A DNA stretch of 56,205 bases, counting the filler, from Sphacelaria rigidula (taxonomy: Eukaryota), in the NCBI GenBank assembly GCA_964200075.2. It is 5 parts of 5 records of this genome, joined end to end, with 100 filler letters (N's around TTAATTAATTAA, not from the genome) between each part and the next. Parts side by side here need not be neighbours in the genome. Positions count along the whole stretch, not along the records: positions 45,046 to 56,205 come from CAXNAA020005304.1; 4 more parts are not named here. One strand, 5' to 3'. The first letter of the stretch is position 1. Each line of letters opens with the position of its first letter. The notes under the pieces were generated by a model. The model was not told the origin of the DNA and did not search any database. It was given only the letters and a program-made list of their open reading frames with translations. A program made the translations under genes and the position numbers. This document shows positions 54,922 through 56,205 of the stretch, piece by piece.

Positions 54922-55813
54922 TGGCTCACCCTGCACCTCCCACAGAGAGGGGAAACTCAAGGTGAGTAACAAGATTTTTGCGCGAAGCGCGATCATGGCC
55001 GAGAGTTTGAAAATCGGTACTCGGCAAAAAATGAGGACCCGTCTGAAATGAGGGAAGGAACTATCACATCGAACATCAAGGCAGACAGCTGCTACCATCA
55101 ACCGCTTGGGATACGGCACCTCCGTGCTGGCTCAGTTCGTTTGCCCCAACCTGCGTCCGCCTTGCGTGTCTTCTCTGATCACAGCACCCGACTACAACTG
55201 AACTACCAAAGACCAGCTGCACAGTCGTCACGTAATCGTTTCAAGTTTGTGTACAGCGCCTTGATTCCAATTCAATTATGTGCAGACCAAAACACGGCAT
55301 GCAGCAGTGCAACTGTTCAGGCCCTCTCCAGCGCACACCACACCATGTTCGTCGTAGAGTGCTTGAATGCACAACAATACAGCGACAACTACAACATAGA
55401 AATGATGGATATGGGAATCGCCTTATTCGTTTGACGTAAGGCGAAACAGCCAACACCGACAGTAGTGTGTATGCAGCACTGCGCGCCGAAAAACATAATA
55501 TCGCTCATTTTCTCTAAAGACCAAGGTAGTGACAGTAAGGCAACTGACGCAGTCCCAGCGGAGACCAAACCGTCTTCGCAAAGGTCCGAACACACCACAG
55601 CACAGTGACAGCTACAGCACATGAGAGAGAGCGCGAGTATATTTTGCTGCAGCACGGTGAAACAGCACATGTCCAATGCGATGGTTCTTCCCCTCATTGC
55701 AGATGGGTTCTCAATTTTCGCCCGAGTGCCGATTTTTAAACGCTCGACCATGATCGCGCTTCGCGCGAAAATCTTTTAAATCACCTCGAGTTACCCTTAT
55801 CGTGAGGTGAGCC
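54922..55813. mobile_element. Non-autonomous element with ~150-bp imperfect TIRs (GGCTCACC...GGTGAGCC)
   Basis: ~54922-55076 is the reverse complement of ~55669-55813 (shared core GCGCGAAGCGCGATCATGG.CGAG.GTTT.AAAATCGG.ACTCGG). The interior matches partial copies elsewhere in the window. Confidence 0.75.
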
Positions 55814-56205
55814 GAAAACGTGTCCTGTTGCATCGCATGCTTGCTTCCTTCTCCTGCTCTGAACTTCCGTGCAAGCCGGATACACGTCATGTTTGTTTTA
55901 TGTTGTTCGTGCTACTCGCTGTCTGTGTCAAGTTGTGCCCAACACTCTTTCTTTGTGCATATGCTGCTGTGCTGACTTCATGAGAACACAGATGTCACCC
56001 CAACCGTCTTGGGCGCATGGTCTGGTGTACGCCCTACGCGCGATGATAGAGCTGGTGTGGTACGAGCTGGGCCAGCAGTACATCCCACATTTGCATCTCC
56101 GACCATAACTCGTCAAATTTACCAAATCAGCTCGACTTGAGCCTATACCCGTGGAAAGACCCCCGAGGTAATGGACGACCTGGAGCGCATGTACACCAAG
56201 TTTCC

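Overview
Eukaryotic genomic DNA, most likely a brown alga or related stramenopile (inferred from long GT-AG introns, short exons, poly-G/C tracts and dense non-autonomous repeats). The window is not one locus. It is five unrelated scaffolds of 11162, 11161, 11161, 11161 and 11160 bp joined by artificial 100-bp N44-TTAATTAATTAA-N44 linkers. Scaffold 1 carries three exons of a bacterial-type (FadH-like) 2,4-dienoyl-CoA reductase. Scaffold 2 carries three minus-strand exons of an acidic, RS/RE/RD-rich protein. Scaffold 3 carries an intronless GARP/MYB-CC (PHR1/PSR1-like) transcription factor ORF tail-to-tail with seven exons of a UDP-glucose pyrophosphorylase whose substrate-pocket motifs are substituted. 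Scaffold 4 carries two exons of mitochondrial processing peptidase beta. Scaffold 5 carries a dead RTE-like LINE and two TatD nuclease exons, apparently joined by a GC-AG intron. The remainder is mostly MITEs (Tc1/mariner-like, piggyBac-like, foldback), a tRNA-derived SINE and other dispersed repeats. I found no CRISPR array, rRNA or convincing intact tRNA, and no clear new multi-gene system. The best leads are the divergent UGPase, the PSR-like factor with two coiled-coil motifs, the intronised FadH and the TIR element families.
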